Shown here in pieces: positions 1 to 15,215 of a stretch of 64,000 nucleotides of DNA. How positions within the stretch are numbered: position 1 is the stretch's first letter; the number at the start of each line of letters is the position of its first letter. The notes below the pieces were generated by a model. That model did not search any database. It was not told where the DNA came from and worked only from the letters and a program-made list of their open reading frames with translations. Position numbers and translations under genes: made by a program. Source of the stretch: the human T2T-CHM13v2.0 reference genome, Homo sapiens; NCBI RefSeq assembly GCF_009914755.1, contig NC_060927.1; one strand, 5' to 3'.

Positions 1-440
1 TATATCCTGGATACCATTCTTAGATATCCTGGATACCATTCTTAGATATCCTGGATACCATTCTTATATATTCTGGAAATGTTTTGCAAATATTTTCTCC
101 CAAACTGGGGCTTACCTACTCATTTTCTTAACAGTGTTACTTAAAGAGCACATTTTAGTCTCAAGGAAGTCTTATTAACTTTAATTTTATGGTTATCACA
201 TTATGTAGCCTAAGAAACCTTTGTCTACGCTAAATCATGAAGATATTCTAATGTTTTCATCTAAAAGCTTTTCAATGCTTTTATGTTTAGGTATGTGACC
301 ATTTCTAATTTGTTTTATGTTTGGTGTAAGATAGAGGTTGAGGTCAATTATTTTCCCACATAGAGACCCATTTATCCAAGTGTTATTTCCTTTCCCCATT
401 GGATTGCCTTGGAGCCTTTGGCAAACATCAAACAACTGTG
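1..440 (-). mobile_element. Degenerate old LINE-1 (L1M) ORF2 fragment, antisense
   Basis: T-rich tract resembling antisense L1 (tttgcaaatattttctccca, tttaggtatgtgaccatttc, tccttccccattggattgccttgg). Highly diverged. Confidence 0.55.
3..68 (+). repeat. Short tandem repeat, 3 copies of a 22-bp unit (TATCCTGGATACCATTCTTAGA), within old L1-like sequence
   Basis: Unit read directly at 3-24, 25-46 and 47-68 (third copy with one substitution near its end). The array may extend beyond the window start. Confidence 0.85.
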
Positions 441-1149
441 AACATTAACTTTTAAATCCAAAGTATTTTGTGCATGAAAGATGCCCTCAAGGACACCATA
501 AAATTTATAATCGAGAGCAGTAAAAAAAGAAAATCATTTTGTGGGATCCAGCACAGAAGGACCTTGGGCCAGTTTCTTGGGGAAACCATAGAGGAAGGCA
601 GAAATGATGTAGAAAAGAAAGCACCACAGACTCTGACTAGGCAACATAATGCTAGAGCCCATCAGTTTACTGTGCTTCAGCATGGATCCAGAATGAGTCC
701 CACGTACCAATCATGACAAAAGAGTAGTAAGTGGTCTCCTGGTTGATGGAACCATGCAGGTGGGAAGGAAGGACAAGTAAGACTAATCTGCCCAGAATGG
801 TGACCAAGAACAAGGTAGGATGATGGACATCTCAATTAACACTAATGAGAAAAGACGGTGTCAGGGTTGAAATATAATATCTCCCTCCCAAACACAATCT
901 CAGTTCTTAGCACTAGGTAAGTCTGGGAACTTAAACAAATCCAGAGCAAATAGGGGAGAAAAGCCAAATTGACCAAAATATAAACTTTCGTGTCAATGGA
1001 CTAGAAATTTGAAATAGAAATGAACTTGAATTGGATTTCCCATACACTTGTATTTCTAGGCTAGGAATTGTACTCATTATACATTCATTATTCAGGTGCT
1101 ATTTTTTTAATACAAGTGCTTATAAGGGAAGGTAAAAAATAATAGAATT

Positions 1150-2315
1150 ATCAGGAATCTGAAGTAGGATTATAGTATACTATAAACTGGGGCAAAAAAC
1201 AAAAGAGATTGTGCCTCTTGACATCTCTATCAACAGGAGTAGGAAAGGTAAGACCACAGATCCCACCCAAGCATGTAAGTTTTACAAGAACCCAGGACTA
1301 AGAACTATCTAGAAATTTATTCTGTCTTTCCTATGTGGCCTATACCACAGGATAACCAAACAGCTGATAAGAGAAAATTATTCTTCATAAAAGAATTCCA
1401 ACTAATTAATATAGAAGGAATGATGCATTAGATTATCCCTATTTTATAACTTCTACAAATATAATGGTTTTAGATGATCATCAATGACTGATAAAACTAT
1501 AAATTATAAAATTCATGAACAATTTTCATAACGAATAGATCAGGCTAGTAACACTTAATCCTATGAATTGATCTTAGCATCACAAGAAAAACAACCAGAA
1601 ATTATGTGCCTCCTGAAATTATATGATAAAAAGTACTTCCTATAAATTTTTTCCAATAAAATTTTTAAAATATATTTAGTCAGAATCAGAGCAGGCCTCT
1701 AGATGTAAGTACTAGTTTTGGAAAGTAGAGTTAGAAGAACATGGAATGTGATCAACAGTATCAGACAGGCAATTAGCAAAATCTATAAAATTATAGGAAA
1801 TTCTACAGAAAACAATGACCAAGTGTTTTTAACAAATAAAGAGAGAGAAATAAAGAGAGGGGGCCCTAAAGATTAAAAGAATCTTGAAAGACAAAAAGAC
1901 ACACCAGCCCAATGCAATGGATGGACCTTGCTTTTTGTAAAAATAAATAAATAAATAATAATTTTTAAAAACTATGAGAAAATCAGAAAAAAATGAATAT
2001 TGACTAGTAATTTGATGATATTAAGAACTCATTGGTAAGTTTTTAAATGTTCAATGGTGTTGTAATTCTTTTTTTAAAAGTCTTGTATTTTACTGGCATA
2101 TACTAAAGTATTTATGAATAAAATTATATGATGACAGGGAATTGCTTCAAAATAATCCAGTGGTGGGGAGTGGGAAAAGTAAAAAGGTATAGAAAAAATA
2201 AGATTGGCCGTACTTGATAATTGTTGAACGTGCAGCATAGGTAGATAGAGATGCAGCATCTTATTCTGTCTACTTTTTTTTAGGTTTTAAAATTTAAAAA
2301 GTTCAAAATAGCTTT
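1150..2315 (+). mobile_element. Old L1M (L1MC/ME-type) 3' region
   Basis: A-rich, with typical L1MC/ME 3' UTR motifs (aatgcaatggatggaccttg, gatattaagaactcatt, gcttcaaaataatccag, attggccgtacttgataattgttgaa). Boundaries approximate. Confidence 0.55.
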
Positions 2316-5300
2316 AAAAGGTGTCAACAGGAATAAAGATACAATTAGAATGACTTTATTCTGAGCACTTGTTTGAGAAATATTGCCTTTATGATCAAGA
2401 TGAAGAGAGTAAATACAGAGAGTTGATGTTCAATGTTATTAGAACACTGACAACAAAAAGGTTTCACTAAAGCCTCCTATTAAACCTTTTCCAGTAGACA
2501 ATGTATTGCTTTTACATTTGTTCCACGTAGCAATAGCAGTCATCATTCTTGGACCAATGGATTAATTAAATAAGATATAAGAAAATACCTATTATGATAT
2601 CAAAGCTGCATAGCTGCAGTGATGGATGTAAAGTGTCTGCACCTATTCCTGTAAGAGCTCAACCAAAAATTCACACCAGAACCTGTAGGATAGATTTTCA
2701 ATAGGTAATTGGAAAGCGCTTTCAATTCTGAACTCTATTCCACATCTCGTTTCTATTCCTGAAACCTCAACTGTTTATCAATAAGTTGTGATTTATTTAC
2801 TGTTCTTTTATTGAGAGATGGAACTGGGTTTTAAACACTTGAGCATAAAACCTGTTTAGTTACCAGAAGGGGGGATACACAGCCAGCATCAAGAGTAGAC
2901 GCTCGCAGTTCATTCCAGAGGAGGAGGACGCAGGTTCTGAGTGGACGAACTAATGGTTATAGCACCTTTCTTAAGAGGTTTGGTCCATACTTAGAGGTCA
3001 GCTAATTGTTGTTGTCTGATGAGTTCGGTGACTTTTCCAAAATTGAGCCCGCAATGTTAACTCTCTTCTGGCAATTGGATAGGTGAAAACTCTCTGTAGG
3101 CATTCAATCCAAATCAGTACAACACACATTTCGACTCAACACATCTCAGAAGTGCTAAGACTATAAATTAGACACCTCACTTTCTCCCTTTCTAATTTTT
3201 TTCTCCTACATATAGTAGTTTCACTTTGTCAGGGCCAGTATTTTCTACCTATGTACCTTCACCCTAAAGATCATCCAACCAGCAGTAGACAGTGAAAAAA
3301 AATGTAGAATTTTATGTTTGCAAATATAAAAATCATGTAATCTAGCATTCACCAAAGTGTTTTCCATGAGATATTTTTAGTCTTTGAAAAAAAAAACTGG
3401 TGGAAAAACATGCATTTAAATAGATTTTGGAATCTTAATTATGCTAAAACAAACAGTTCTTATTTATTGCAGAACTCCCCAAGCATATAATATGTTAATG
3501 TGCCTGGTAAATTGCTAAAAGAGGCATAGATCATGCATTTTCTTAATTTTATTTTACCACATACTTCTTTGTTTTAAGGAGCAAAATACGTTGTGAAAAA
3601 CATTGATTCTAATGTAATCCCTTATCTTAGAGATTATGAAACCAAGGACCAGGGAGACTTCATGTCTTGTCCAAGGAGACAGAGCAAATCTACCCTAGAA
3701 GTGGAGTCCCTTACCTTTTCTTGACACGTATATCAGAGCCTTTCCCACTATGGACACCTCATGTCATATCAACAACTGACATTAGAAAATACTAACTTTT
3801 AGCTTTTAGCCTTGTGCATTACTCATTGGATTTTAGCCTCATCATAACTCTGAGTTTTGGAAGGCCAGTAATTTTGTCTCTTCTTAGAGGTAAGAAAAAC
3901 AAAGTCACATGGGGCAAAGTCATCCTCATCAAGTATCCAGGTTTTTGGGTGGAGGTGAGGTAAGGACAATGTTGAGTTCATTATGAGCCACCACTCATAG
4001 GAGAAACCTGACCACTTAGTAAAATGGCAGTTTGATTTCCTAAACCTCTAACTATCCCATGTGGGAGCTTTCTTCTTGTGAAGAAGTTCTTTAAAAAGAC
4101 AGATGATGTACAAATATTAAAGTGTCTGCTCTTGCCAGATCTCTTGACACGGCTCTTTCCCCAAGTCCTACCTGCTGCTTAAGGAAACCCATTTTAAAGA
4201 AGCTTAAGGCCTCTGCCACCCAATCAATAAATACAATCACTTTCTTTTCTGTAATAAGAATTGTAAATTTTAATATTTAAATGCAGTATTTAAAATATAA
4301 TATTCTTCCTTGAATATCAGGAAGCTGGGGAAAAAATCTGAAGCACAGTTAAGCATGTTGATCACACTGATCAAAATGCTGGTGCTCTTCAATATCTAGT
4401 TCCTTGATTTTTTTCTCCTGTTTATATTTTCTTCTTAACAATATCATTGAATGTAATATCTATCTTGCTTCTTCAAATTCTCTCTGAAGAGGGGCAAAAT
4501 ATGAATACGAATAACTTCCATTATAATTGAAACTTGTGCCAGAAATGTCAGTTATGATCCTACCTTCTCAAAGCTCCTTAAAAGGGGGGCAAGTTTAGGC
4601 AACCACCTTGGGTTTTAAGTGGCCTTATCCACTATGCAAAAAGATTTTTCTTTTCTTTTTTAAAAATCAGACTAGGGATGGAATCCAGATTCCAAAGTAG
4701 CCAAGCATTCAGTTTATAAGATTACTTAACATGAAAAGCTTTTCCAGAATAGAGACCAGTTTGACCAATCAGAATCTCATTTCCAGGAATTAAATTGTGG
4801 ACCAATGAGAATATCAAGCAGTTGGCAGTAAAAGCTGAAATTAAAAGCAGTCACACAGAAAAGCCTGCAGAGACTTCAGGTGGGGTACATGTGAGCTGAG
4901 GTTATAAGTAAACAGGAGTATTAGGAGCAGAAATTATAAAGAAGCAAGGAGCTATTGGAATAGAAAAGATATAGAAAGGTGAGGAACTAAGTGTATATAA
5001 GGCAGGGCCATATATAAGGTTGAGTAGGTATTCCTTACACAGGGAATCTGGCTCGGGGGGAGTAGGGAAGGAAATCCAGTGTGTGCTGCTTGATCCAAAT
5101 TGTGCCCACCCAGGCATGGCTGTGCCAGCCAGAGGAAGATGAACTCAGTAGTGCTGGCCACAGGCATTGAAGGAAAAAAGACTGATTCAGAATGAAGCAA
5201 AAAATCTAAAAAAGTGAAGTCCCATAAATGCTACACAGACCTATGCTGGTGAGGTCCCTAGATGTTCCCCAGTTGCTGAATGACCTTCCAGTTCCATACT

Positions 5301-5593
5301 CCTTGAGACCTGGACCTTCTGTGATTCAGAGACTTCTCATGAGGCCTAGATGTTTGGCTTCATCCCATGGGAACTGGCTGCCTGTGAGCCTTGGCTGAGA
5401 CTTCTGTTTTCCTTATTCTTAAGTATATGCTTAAAATAAATCACAGAAATGTTTATTGTGAGTTAGCCCTTCCATAGAGTCTACCTAAAACAAACATCAA
5501 TGTCAAATGGTTTGCCTGCCACTCAGCCTCAATTTTCCTTCATAATGCTTTGGAATAATATGCTGATGTGAACAACCTCCCTTCTGTGCTTAC

Positions 5594-6096
5594 AGTAGTT
5601 TCCAGTTGCTGGTGTAACAAAATTACCACAAACTAAGTGACTTACAACAACACATCTATTTACTTCTAGATCTATAGATCAGAAGACTGACACAAGTTTC
5701 ACCGGGCTAAACTTAAGCTGTTGGAAGGACTGCATTTCTTCTAGAGGCACTAGGGAAGAATGTTTCATTTCATTTTCCAGCAGCTAGAGGCAGTCTGCAT
5801 TTCTTTGCTCTTGGCCTGCTTTCCTCACGTTCCAAGTCAATCATCACATCACACCAAACTCTCCTCCCCAGCATCAGATCTCCTTCTCTAGTTCTGACTC
5901 TCTAGCTTTCCTCTTTCATTCACAAGACCCTTGTGATTACATCGGCCTACCTGGATAATCTGGAATAATCCCCCCATAATCAAGATTCTTAATTTAATCA
6001 CATCTGCCAAGTCCTTTTTGGTGTGTAAGGTAATATATTCACAAGTTCCAGGGATTAGGATGTGGACATTTTTGAAGGACTATTCTGCCTACCACA
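5594..6096 (-). mobile_element. MaLR LTR, MLT1C-like solo LTR
   Basis: Characteristic ends ...gtaacaaaattaccacaaact... and ...gggattaggatgtggacat...attctgcctaccaca. Confidence 0.75.
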
Positions 6097-8259
6097 AAGA
6101 TAAAGTAAAGGCCCTTGCCTAATGGACCACTTTTTCAAACTCGTTCATGGGAATGAACAATTCATCTCCTTTCTATAAATAAAAATATCCAGAACAATAA
6201 GAGAGAACAAACAACTACACATAAATGTACCTTCTATTGGTTGTCCTCAGTGGAACTAGAGACTCCTAGGTTTGAGATTATTTTTTCTCCCACATTATTT
6301 TTAATGAAAAACTTTAAACATACAGAAAAGTTGGAAGAATTATACACTAAACACCTTCATACCAAATGTGTATATTCTATAAACATTTTGCTCTTTTTGC
6401 TTTGTCACTCAGCTATCTAGCTATCTATCCTTCTATTCACCAATTGATTCATATTTCTGATACATTTCAAAGTAAATTGCAGATATCCATATACCTCACC
6501 CCTAAATAATTCAGTGTACATATTAGTAACTATAGTTCAATATTGGTTTATGATGCTTTTTTGAGATTTATATAGAATGAAATGCACAACCCATAATATT
6601 TGAGATATCCATGCACCTGTGCAAACCAAACCCCTACCAAAATACAGAACATTGTTATTGCCCAGAAAGTTTCTTCATGTACCTTCTCAGTCTATCCCTG
6701 CCCACACTCACTTCCAGAAGCAATGACTATTCCGATGTTTCTTTACTACCATAAATGTGGGTTGTTGAGTTTTGAAATTACTGTATTTATATCAAGAATC
6801 GGTAGAATGAGGTCCTAACACTCAATTACCAATTTGGTTCTGGTTTGCTTCTGTAGCTTGTTGCTTCTCTGTTGCACTGACAACATTTCCTGTGGCCATT
6901 TGCTAATCAGATGTCACCTGGGACATTCTGCCGGAAACTACATGAATAAAAATTATTTGACGCAAAAAGACAAAAACATAAAACAATAGTAGTTTAAAGT
7001 TTAATTAACTGATATGGACCAAAAAAAGAGTATGAGCCTATCTGCAGGGTTTTTTTGGGGGGTAAAACAGAGGAAGAAAAAAACTACCATCACTAAGGTT
7101 TAAAATCTGGTTTTCTCAATTACACCCTGAGTTCTTATTCAACATACAAGTTAATCCTGTGTGGCTGAGAACACAGTTGGAGAAGTTAGCAAAATATACT
7201 TTGGAGTCAGATAAGGTTGTATTTTAGGTTTAGTAGCTGCTGATTTTGGTATTTCATGTAATCTTTCAGAGACCGCTTCTATATCCATAAAATGGAGAAG
7301 ATAATATGTATTTCTTAGTTTGAGAATTTGAGATAAAAATATCAAGCACCTGGCAAAATATCTAGCTCATTGTGGTACTCAATACATTGTTGATATTAAC
7401 ATTCTACTACATCATATTACATCATAGTAGTATCGGTATCATATTATTGTGCTTATTAAAATTAATTTGGCCAATGGAGAAAGAAAAACAAATTTTTAAA
7501 CCCAGGAAATTCTGGACAACTCAGTTCTAATTTGTTTTCGTTCAAGAAAGTTTTTTGTTAAATTGGGACCACGAAGTAATTTTCAAAGTCTCTGGACTAT
7601 AAATGTGAAAAGAAAGACTAAAATTTCAAGAGGGTGACATAGGAGGAAAAAAGGCTAACATTTGCTGGTTGATTTCCTGCAGGTTCTCCCAGGTCCTAGA
7701 GTTATTTTTCTGGACAAGTATTTTTGTTCTCTAGGAAATGGCAAGGAACAAAGCCATAGATTAAATTATCTAAGAAAAACTTGCTAAAGGAAATGTGATG
7801 TTCTAATTATGAGGTCTGATGATCTGGAGAGCTTAAGTCGTAATGTTCAAACCTGGGCTTCCTTTCTCTTCATTTATTTTTAGGAGAAAAACAAATCAAC
7901 CCTTAGGAAGGAGAATCCATGACAAACATCAGTTGCATTACCTAATCAGGGGTCCAGTCCAAACGATTGGTTTCCTACCATTTTTAGCAAAAGATCTGCA
8001 TCCCAGTCTCAGTGCTATAACCAAATAACTATGGAATCAAAGAAGTCTCTCAGATTTTCCCACCAGTTTCCATTCCTGTCAAAAGGAATAGTTTTTGCAC
8101 TGAAAACTATCGTTTGCATCAATTTATAGATAGCAGATCTTTTTTGATACCCTATACCACATACCCTCAGGCCACCTCTGTGCACCCTAATGGCATCCCA
8201 CCTCAAGACCAAGCTGTCTCTTTCCACGTTTTCATCCCAGGTCACAGTCATCAAATGAC

Positions 8260-8502
8260 CCAGACTGCAGGTGTTTAGTTGGACAATTCTGGAAGGCATC
8301 CTATTCTTGGAAGTCCTATGAGAATCAAGTTCTAGTGCCTGTAGTGGTGACCTTGCTGCATCCTTACCTGAACTTGTCTTTCTTTCCTATCTCACTCTCC
8401 TTGTTTTCTCACTTTCACTTTCTAGGATTACCTCCCAAGTAAACTATCTATACTGAATTTTTGTCTCAGTCTCTGCTTTAGGTATGACCCAACAGAAGAC
8501 AA
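8260..8502 (+). mobile_element. ERVL LTR33/LTR16-like fragment
   Basis: 3' end motif cctcccaagtaaactatcta...tctcagtctctgcttta...gacccaacagaagaca. Confidence 0.5.
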
Positions 8503-8509
8503 TATATTT

Positions 8510-9190
8510 TTCTCCCTATCTATTCTGCTGGCACCCTGGTCCATGTCACCATTATCTCTTCCTTAGAATATTGCAATGACCTCTCAACAGATTTGCTTCT
8601 TTGACCTCAAATTGATTCTCTACACAGCATTCAAAATGACCTTTAAGTCATATCATATCACTGTTCTGCTTAAAACCCTTAATGGTTTCCTTCTACACCT
8701 AGAAGAAAACCCAAATTTCTTGCCACGGCCTATAAAATTTTTGATGTTCTAGTCCCAACCCAAACCTCCAACTTTACCTCGTACTGCTCTCCATCTCTGA
8801 CTGTGTTCCCACTATAACCTTCTTTTTTCCATGAACATACCAAAACTATTTACACTTCAGTGCCTTTATGCTTCCTCTTATTCCTTTGCCTAGAATCCTC
8901 ATCTTCCAAATATTTGAATGGTAAGTTCTTGACATGACTGGCTCTTTCACAATTTTCACATCCCAGCTAAAACTTCTCCAATTCAGAGAGGACTCTCCAA
9001 CCACCTTAAGTTAAGCACTCATCAATCCTATGAATTTCCTCCATGTATCTTATAATGACACACATTATTTTATTTGTGTTTACTTGTTGACTTTTTGTCT
9101 CTTCTCACCAGGACAAACATTTGCTAAGGGCAAAGATCTCATTTTTCACCACACCCTCCAGCACACTGTTTGACACAATAAATGTCTTAC
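8510..9190 (+). mobile_element. LINE-2 3' portion
   Basis: L2 motifs (catatcactgttctgcttaaaaccctt, cctttgcctagaat, ccagcacactgtttgacacaataaatg). Confidence 0.65.
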
Positions 9191-9196
9191 GAGTAA

Positions 9197-10337
<1,141 letters not shown>

Positions 10338-10364
10338 GAAATTGGAATATAAAATTTACAAAAG

Positions 10365-10673
10365 GGCCTGGTGCTGTGGCTTATGCCTGTAATCCCAGCA
10401 CCTTAGGGGGCCAAGATGAAAGGATAGAGGTTTGAGGCCAGGAGTTCAAGACCAACCTGGGAAACATAGAGAGACTCTATCCCTTCAAAAAAAAATGTAA
10501 AAAGAAATTATCCAGGTGTGATGGTGTGCACCTGTAGTCCTAGCTACTCAAGAGACTGAGGAGGAAGGATTCTTTATGTCCAGGAGTTGGAGGCTTCAGT
10601 GAGCTATGATTGTACCACTGCACTCCAGCCTAAGTGATGGAGCCAGACTCTGTCTCTTAAAAAAAAAAAAAAA
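10365..10673 (+). mobile_element. Alu, AluJ-type
   Basis: ggcctggtgctgtggcttatgcctgtaatcccagc... dimeric structure, J-type gagctatgattgtaccactgcactccagcc, A tail. Confidence 0.92.
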
Positions 10674-12032
10674 GGAAATTCCCTCTCCTAAATAAACAAA
10701 AAACATAAACACAAAAGCATTCCCTCTCCTAAATAAAGATATGATTTTAAAACAATATTTTATATAATAAATCTAAATTAAAATGTTCCATTTTCAATCA
10801 TGCTAGCAATAGTACGATAATTCTTTGTAAATAGGTATGAATCTGCACAGCAATTTGGTAATATGTATCAACAATAATAAAAAATGTTCACACCCTTTGA
10901 CATAGTCATATGTATTACATTTAAAAATTTATTGTAAGGAAATGATATAAATAAATACATGGAAAATGTCTATGCAAAAGGAAGTTTACTGAGGCTATAT
11001 TTGCATAGTGCGTATTGAGAGAAGACAAATAAATTATACTATATTCACTTGTATAAATAGGGATTAAAAACAATGATTATGTAAGCAAAGTAGCAGCATG
11101 AAAAAATAACCATGCTATAAAATTAAATTGAAAAGGATACAAAAATGCATGTGTATGATTGCAAATTTTTTTAAATATGAAAAATAAAATACATAAATAT
11201 AGTAACAAAGAAGTGATTGGATTTAAATTGCTTTTTAAAGTTTATTTTCTAAATGTTTTGTGTTTTTTTACTACCATAATAAAAATAAATATCTGCTCTG
11301 CTTATCTGAAAAGGTTGTTGTAAAAGTAAAATTACAGTTGATTCATTCATTCTTCAAACATTCAGATCCTGACATATGCCAAAAACATTTAAATCCTGCA
11401 GGTTTAATAAGGCCATATTTGTCTTTAAAACCATACATTGAGGAGACAGAGAGAGATGAATACAGCTAATTGCAAGGCAAAGTAGGAAGTGGTAAGTACT
11501 GCAAGGGACAAACAAAATACAATACCTTTCTCTCAGTTATCCATCTGTATGAGAAATCGATGATTTCTAGTTCCCCATAATAGGATTTGGTTGTTTTCAA
11601 TGTGCTGTTAGCGTCGCAAGCTGTATTAGAGTACTCTGTTACGTGCCACCAAGTTCAGAAGACCAATGCAGATGTTTTTAGTCAGGTGGCTCTTTTGATG
11701 CCTCTTCCCTAAGCAATGACTTAGGCATCAAGCGCTTTCCAATTGATGATGCTGACATCTTCCAAGTTCTCCTGAGAAAGGTACCATAACTAGGGGAAGG
11801 TATGCCAGATACACAACCACTTTTGCCTAAAATGCTATATCAATCCATTTCAATTACTAGAATGAGTCACTTGCTCCCATGCCTAAAGCAAGGGTCTGGA
11901 AACTGTAGTGCCCAACTGACTAGCCAATTCCCAGCACAACTACTCTACGCCATGGAAGGGTAGGGGCCACTTCCATGGCAGGCAGCGAGTATAGGAGCCA
12001 ATGTGAGAGTGAACTCAAGTTCAAGTCTCTGC

Positions 12033-12659
12033 TGTCAAAAAAAAATCAAGGCATACATAAGGAAAGACTTTATTCTAAAGAATTATTACAAGAGCAAGCA
12101 ATGGGGTTATAGCTGTAGGGAGAAGGCACTGACCATGAGATCTGCAAGTATTTCGAAGTTAAGCAGAAAAGGGCTTTCCTTTAATAGGGAAGAGTGAACA
12201 ATGTTAGAAAGAACCAGTGAAGGGAAGTGGCAACAGGTTGAATGGGTGATGAGACAGTAGACAAGAGCATGTTTACACTGAGGCCAGCCTACTCTCAGGA
12301 GGGGCTGTTTAGGGAGGGTTAGATGCTGGCTCAGGTTGAGGGTGGGCTGAAGTTCAAGATCCTTGAGGAAGGAGAGAAACTCAGTTCACTTAAGCATTTT
12401 GTTCTGATTGATCAGTGGGGACAAAACTATTCAGCTAACCATTTATGAGGTAAAGAGTGGGAATTTGGAGGACCTATGTCCGGCCTTAATCTCAGATAAA
12501 CATGGGGCATCCATGAGTCTTACCTAAGTCCTATGAAAAAGGTTGGCTTTTTTTTTTTTTTTCAGTAAGCCACTTTCTGAAATACAAAATGTTAGGAGGA
12601 CTTCTTAATAATTGCTGTTTTCCAGGATCCTAGGGCTCAGGTCAAATTTAACATTGTCA
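12033..12659 (-). mobile_element. ERV1-class solo LTR (MER89/MER90-like; subfamily uncertain)
   Basis: TG...CA termini. Minus strand begins tgacaatgttaaatttgacctgagccctaggatcctggaaaacagc and has AATAAA near its 3' end. Confidence 0.55.
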
Positions 12660-12675
12660 CTGCTCTCTTAATTTC

Positions 12676-13019
12676 AGTCTTAGTTCGTTCAGGTTACCAT
12701 AACAAAATACCATAGGTCAGGTGGCTTATAAACAGTAGAAATTTGTTTCTCACAGTTCTGGAGACTGGAATGTCCAAGATCAGGGTGCTGACAGATTTGT
12801 TGTCTGATGAGGTTCTGGTTCCTGTCTTATTGTTGCATCCTGACATAGAGGAAAGAGTAAGGGACCTCTCTGAGGCCTCTCTTATGAGGTTACTAATCCC
12901 ATTAATGAGGGTTCTATCCTTATGAACTAATCACCTCCTAAAGTCTCACCTTTGAATACTCTCACATTGGGAGTTAGATTCAACATATGAATTGTGAGGG
13001 ACACATTCAGACAATAACA
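12676..13019 (-). mobile_element. MaLR LTR, MLT1A0-like
   Basis: gtcttagttcgttcaggttaccataacaaaataccatagg...gggacacattcagacaataaca. Confidence 0.75.
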
Positions 13020-14764
13020 CTAGTAGGTACTTTTGTGGCCAAAAACTTCTAAATTTTCACCAAATTAATTGTGTCTTTCTCCTGGATATAAACTAGTTTA
13101 CATTTCCCAGCTATAAGACAAATTGTAGACAATGGAATGTGAGTGGAAGTGATATGTGCCATTTCTAGGACTGGCCCATAAAGTCTTCTCATATGTGAGC
13201 ATTTATCCTTTCTCTCCAAGCCAGGAAGCTTGGAAGCCACTTGTTAAAGATGGCAGAGCCACAGGATGGAAAGATCCAAAGTCTTTAAATCCCCACAGTG
13301 CCTGCTTATCAGAAACACTTATCGAGACTTTACATACATGAGAAATAAGTTTCAATTCCGTTAAGCCACTGAGATTATGTTTTGTTTGTTTTGTTTTGTT
13401 GTTATAGAAGCTAACATTCCTTAATCTTTCAAAAGCCTGAAAGGTTTTGGTTTAAATATTTGCCAAAAACTTCTTAGCATCACATCCGGTCCATAGCAAG
13501 CCCTCAATAAATGTTAGCTATCATTATAAATATCATTCTATATTAGGACAGAAGGCTTGCCTGAAGAAATGGCATTTGAGTTATGCCTTGACATACTTGC
13601 AGGAATTCAACTGGCAAGAGGTCTAAGGGACAGCATTTCAAATGGGATTTATGATGTAGAGAGAAGAAAAAGTTCAGGAAATGAGACTGGTCCAGTGTCA
13701 CTGGGCAGCTGGGAAGCTAGAGAGAACCAATGGAGGATATGATAGGAAAGTTGATTGCTGCCCAATACTGGAGAGTCTTGAATTAAAACTGAGGCTTGAC
13801 TGACATTCAAGCATAAGGAAAAAAAGTATTAATATGCATATTAAGGATCCTGAGTGATTTTTCCAACTTTTTTTCTAAATGAAACAAAACAAAACAAAAA
13901 AACAAAGAAACCTACTGACTTTCTGAAAATCACTGACTTCAGGAAGAAAGCTTAGACTGTCCCAAAGTCCAATAAATGATGGTGAAGCAGGTAGGGGAAA
14001 TGATAATAGTGAAAGCACGTTATCTTAAGAAACTAAGGCACTATTAGCAGCAGCAGCTTGGACAATGGCTTTTTATTTTGATCCCAGAATTCTTTGAGAA
14101 TGATGGAAACTAAGGATCCCTTTGTTTAAACAAACAAAAAAACAAAGCACATATAAATACTAAGTCCTCAGAGTCCATCTGGGCCCCAGGTTAGGGACCT
14201 CTAAGTCAGAAGATTTTAAAAGAAGAGAAGAAAGGCAACCTGGATTATGCTCAGTGTGGTGTCTGGCTGAAACCTGACAACTGAATATGTCCTTCTATCC
14301 CATGGTGGCAAAGGCATCATGCCGCTGGCAAGCTAACACGCTGATGGTGACAGGAAAAGCATGACTTTGCTGCAAGGACCATGGTGTGATTTCCAGCACT
14401 ACGATCCACAGCACAGCATTGGGCAAGTTAATGTAATGATCAAATTAAGTTTCTTCATCTGTAAAATAAAGTTGTTAATATCTGCAGAAGACATATATAA
14501 AATTGCCTTCTAAAATTCTAAATAGTTAATTCCTATATAAATTAATGCAGCTTATTTGTTAAATAATGCAGAGTTTTCTACTTTGCTCCCTCAGAGGCCA
14601 AATTATTACCTCTGTTTCTCATTCCCTGAATGAAGTATGTATTGAGTGACTAACCTGAGCCAAATGATGCCCTAGGTGCTGGGGATACAATGGCAATGGA
14701 GACACTCTCAGCCCTCAAGAGCACCACATGCTAGTGTTTTGTTCTCCTCTGAATTTAATCCTAT

Positions 14765-15215
14765 CTTCTCAGGTTAGGTTCTCCCAGAAACATACCCTGA
14801 AACAAGAATTCAAGTGTAAGCAGTTTATTTGGGAGGTACAGGAAATATCAGTAAGGGAGGGGAGTGGCATAACAGATGAAGAAAGGCAGCAAATACATGA
14901 TGCATTATCATTACAGCTACCACTGTAGACAGACTGGAGCTCCATCCCATGAGAAACCTCTGGGAAACTGTAAAACACACATTTCAGGTTAATCCCACCT
15001 GAGCACCAAGGGAGCTGAGGTTTTTATACACAGCTTTCCCGAGGTGTTAATTCCCAGCACTCCTAGCCTATCTTGCCAAGAGACCTTCTCCAGCTTCTGT
15101 GAAAGCCCTTGGAGGGAGAGATGTAGATGTTGACAGTTAGAATTCAACTGAAGATTATTAAAGTAGAAAGGCCCAAGGGATATAAAGAGAGAACAGGCAG
15201 CATCTGCCCTATGTC
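14765..15215 (-). mobile_element. ERVL LTR33-like LTR
   Basis: ggttaggttctcccagaaacataccctgaaacaagaattcaagtgtaagcagtttatttgggagg is the LTR33-type terminus. Confidence 0.6.

Noticed and set aside
3-68. CRISPR-like array
   Set aside because: Head-to-tail tandem repeat without spacers, in eukaryotic DNA.
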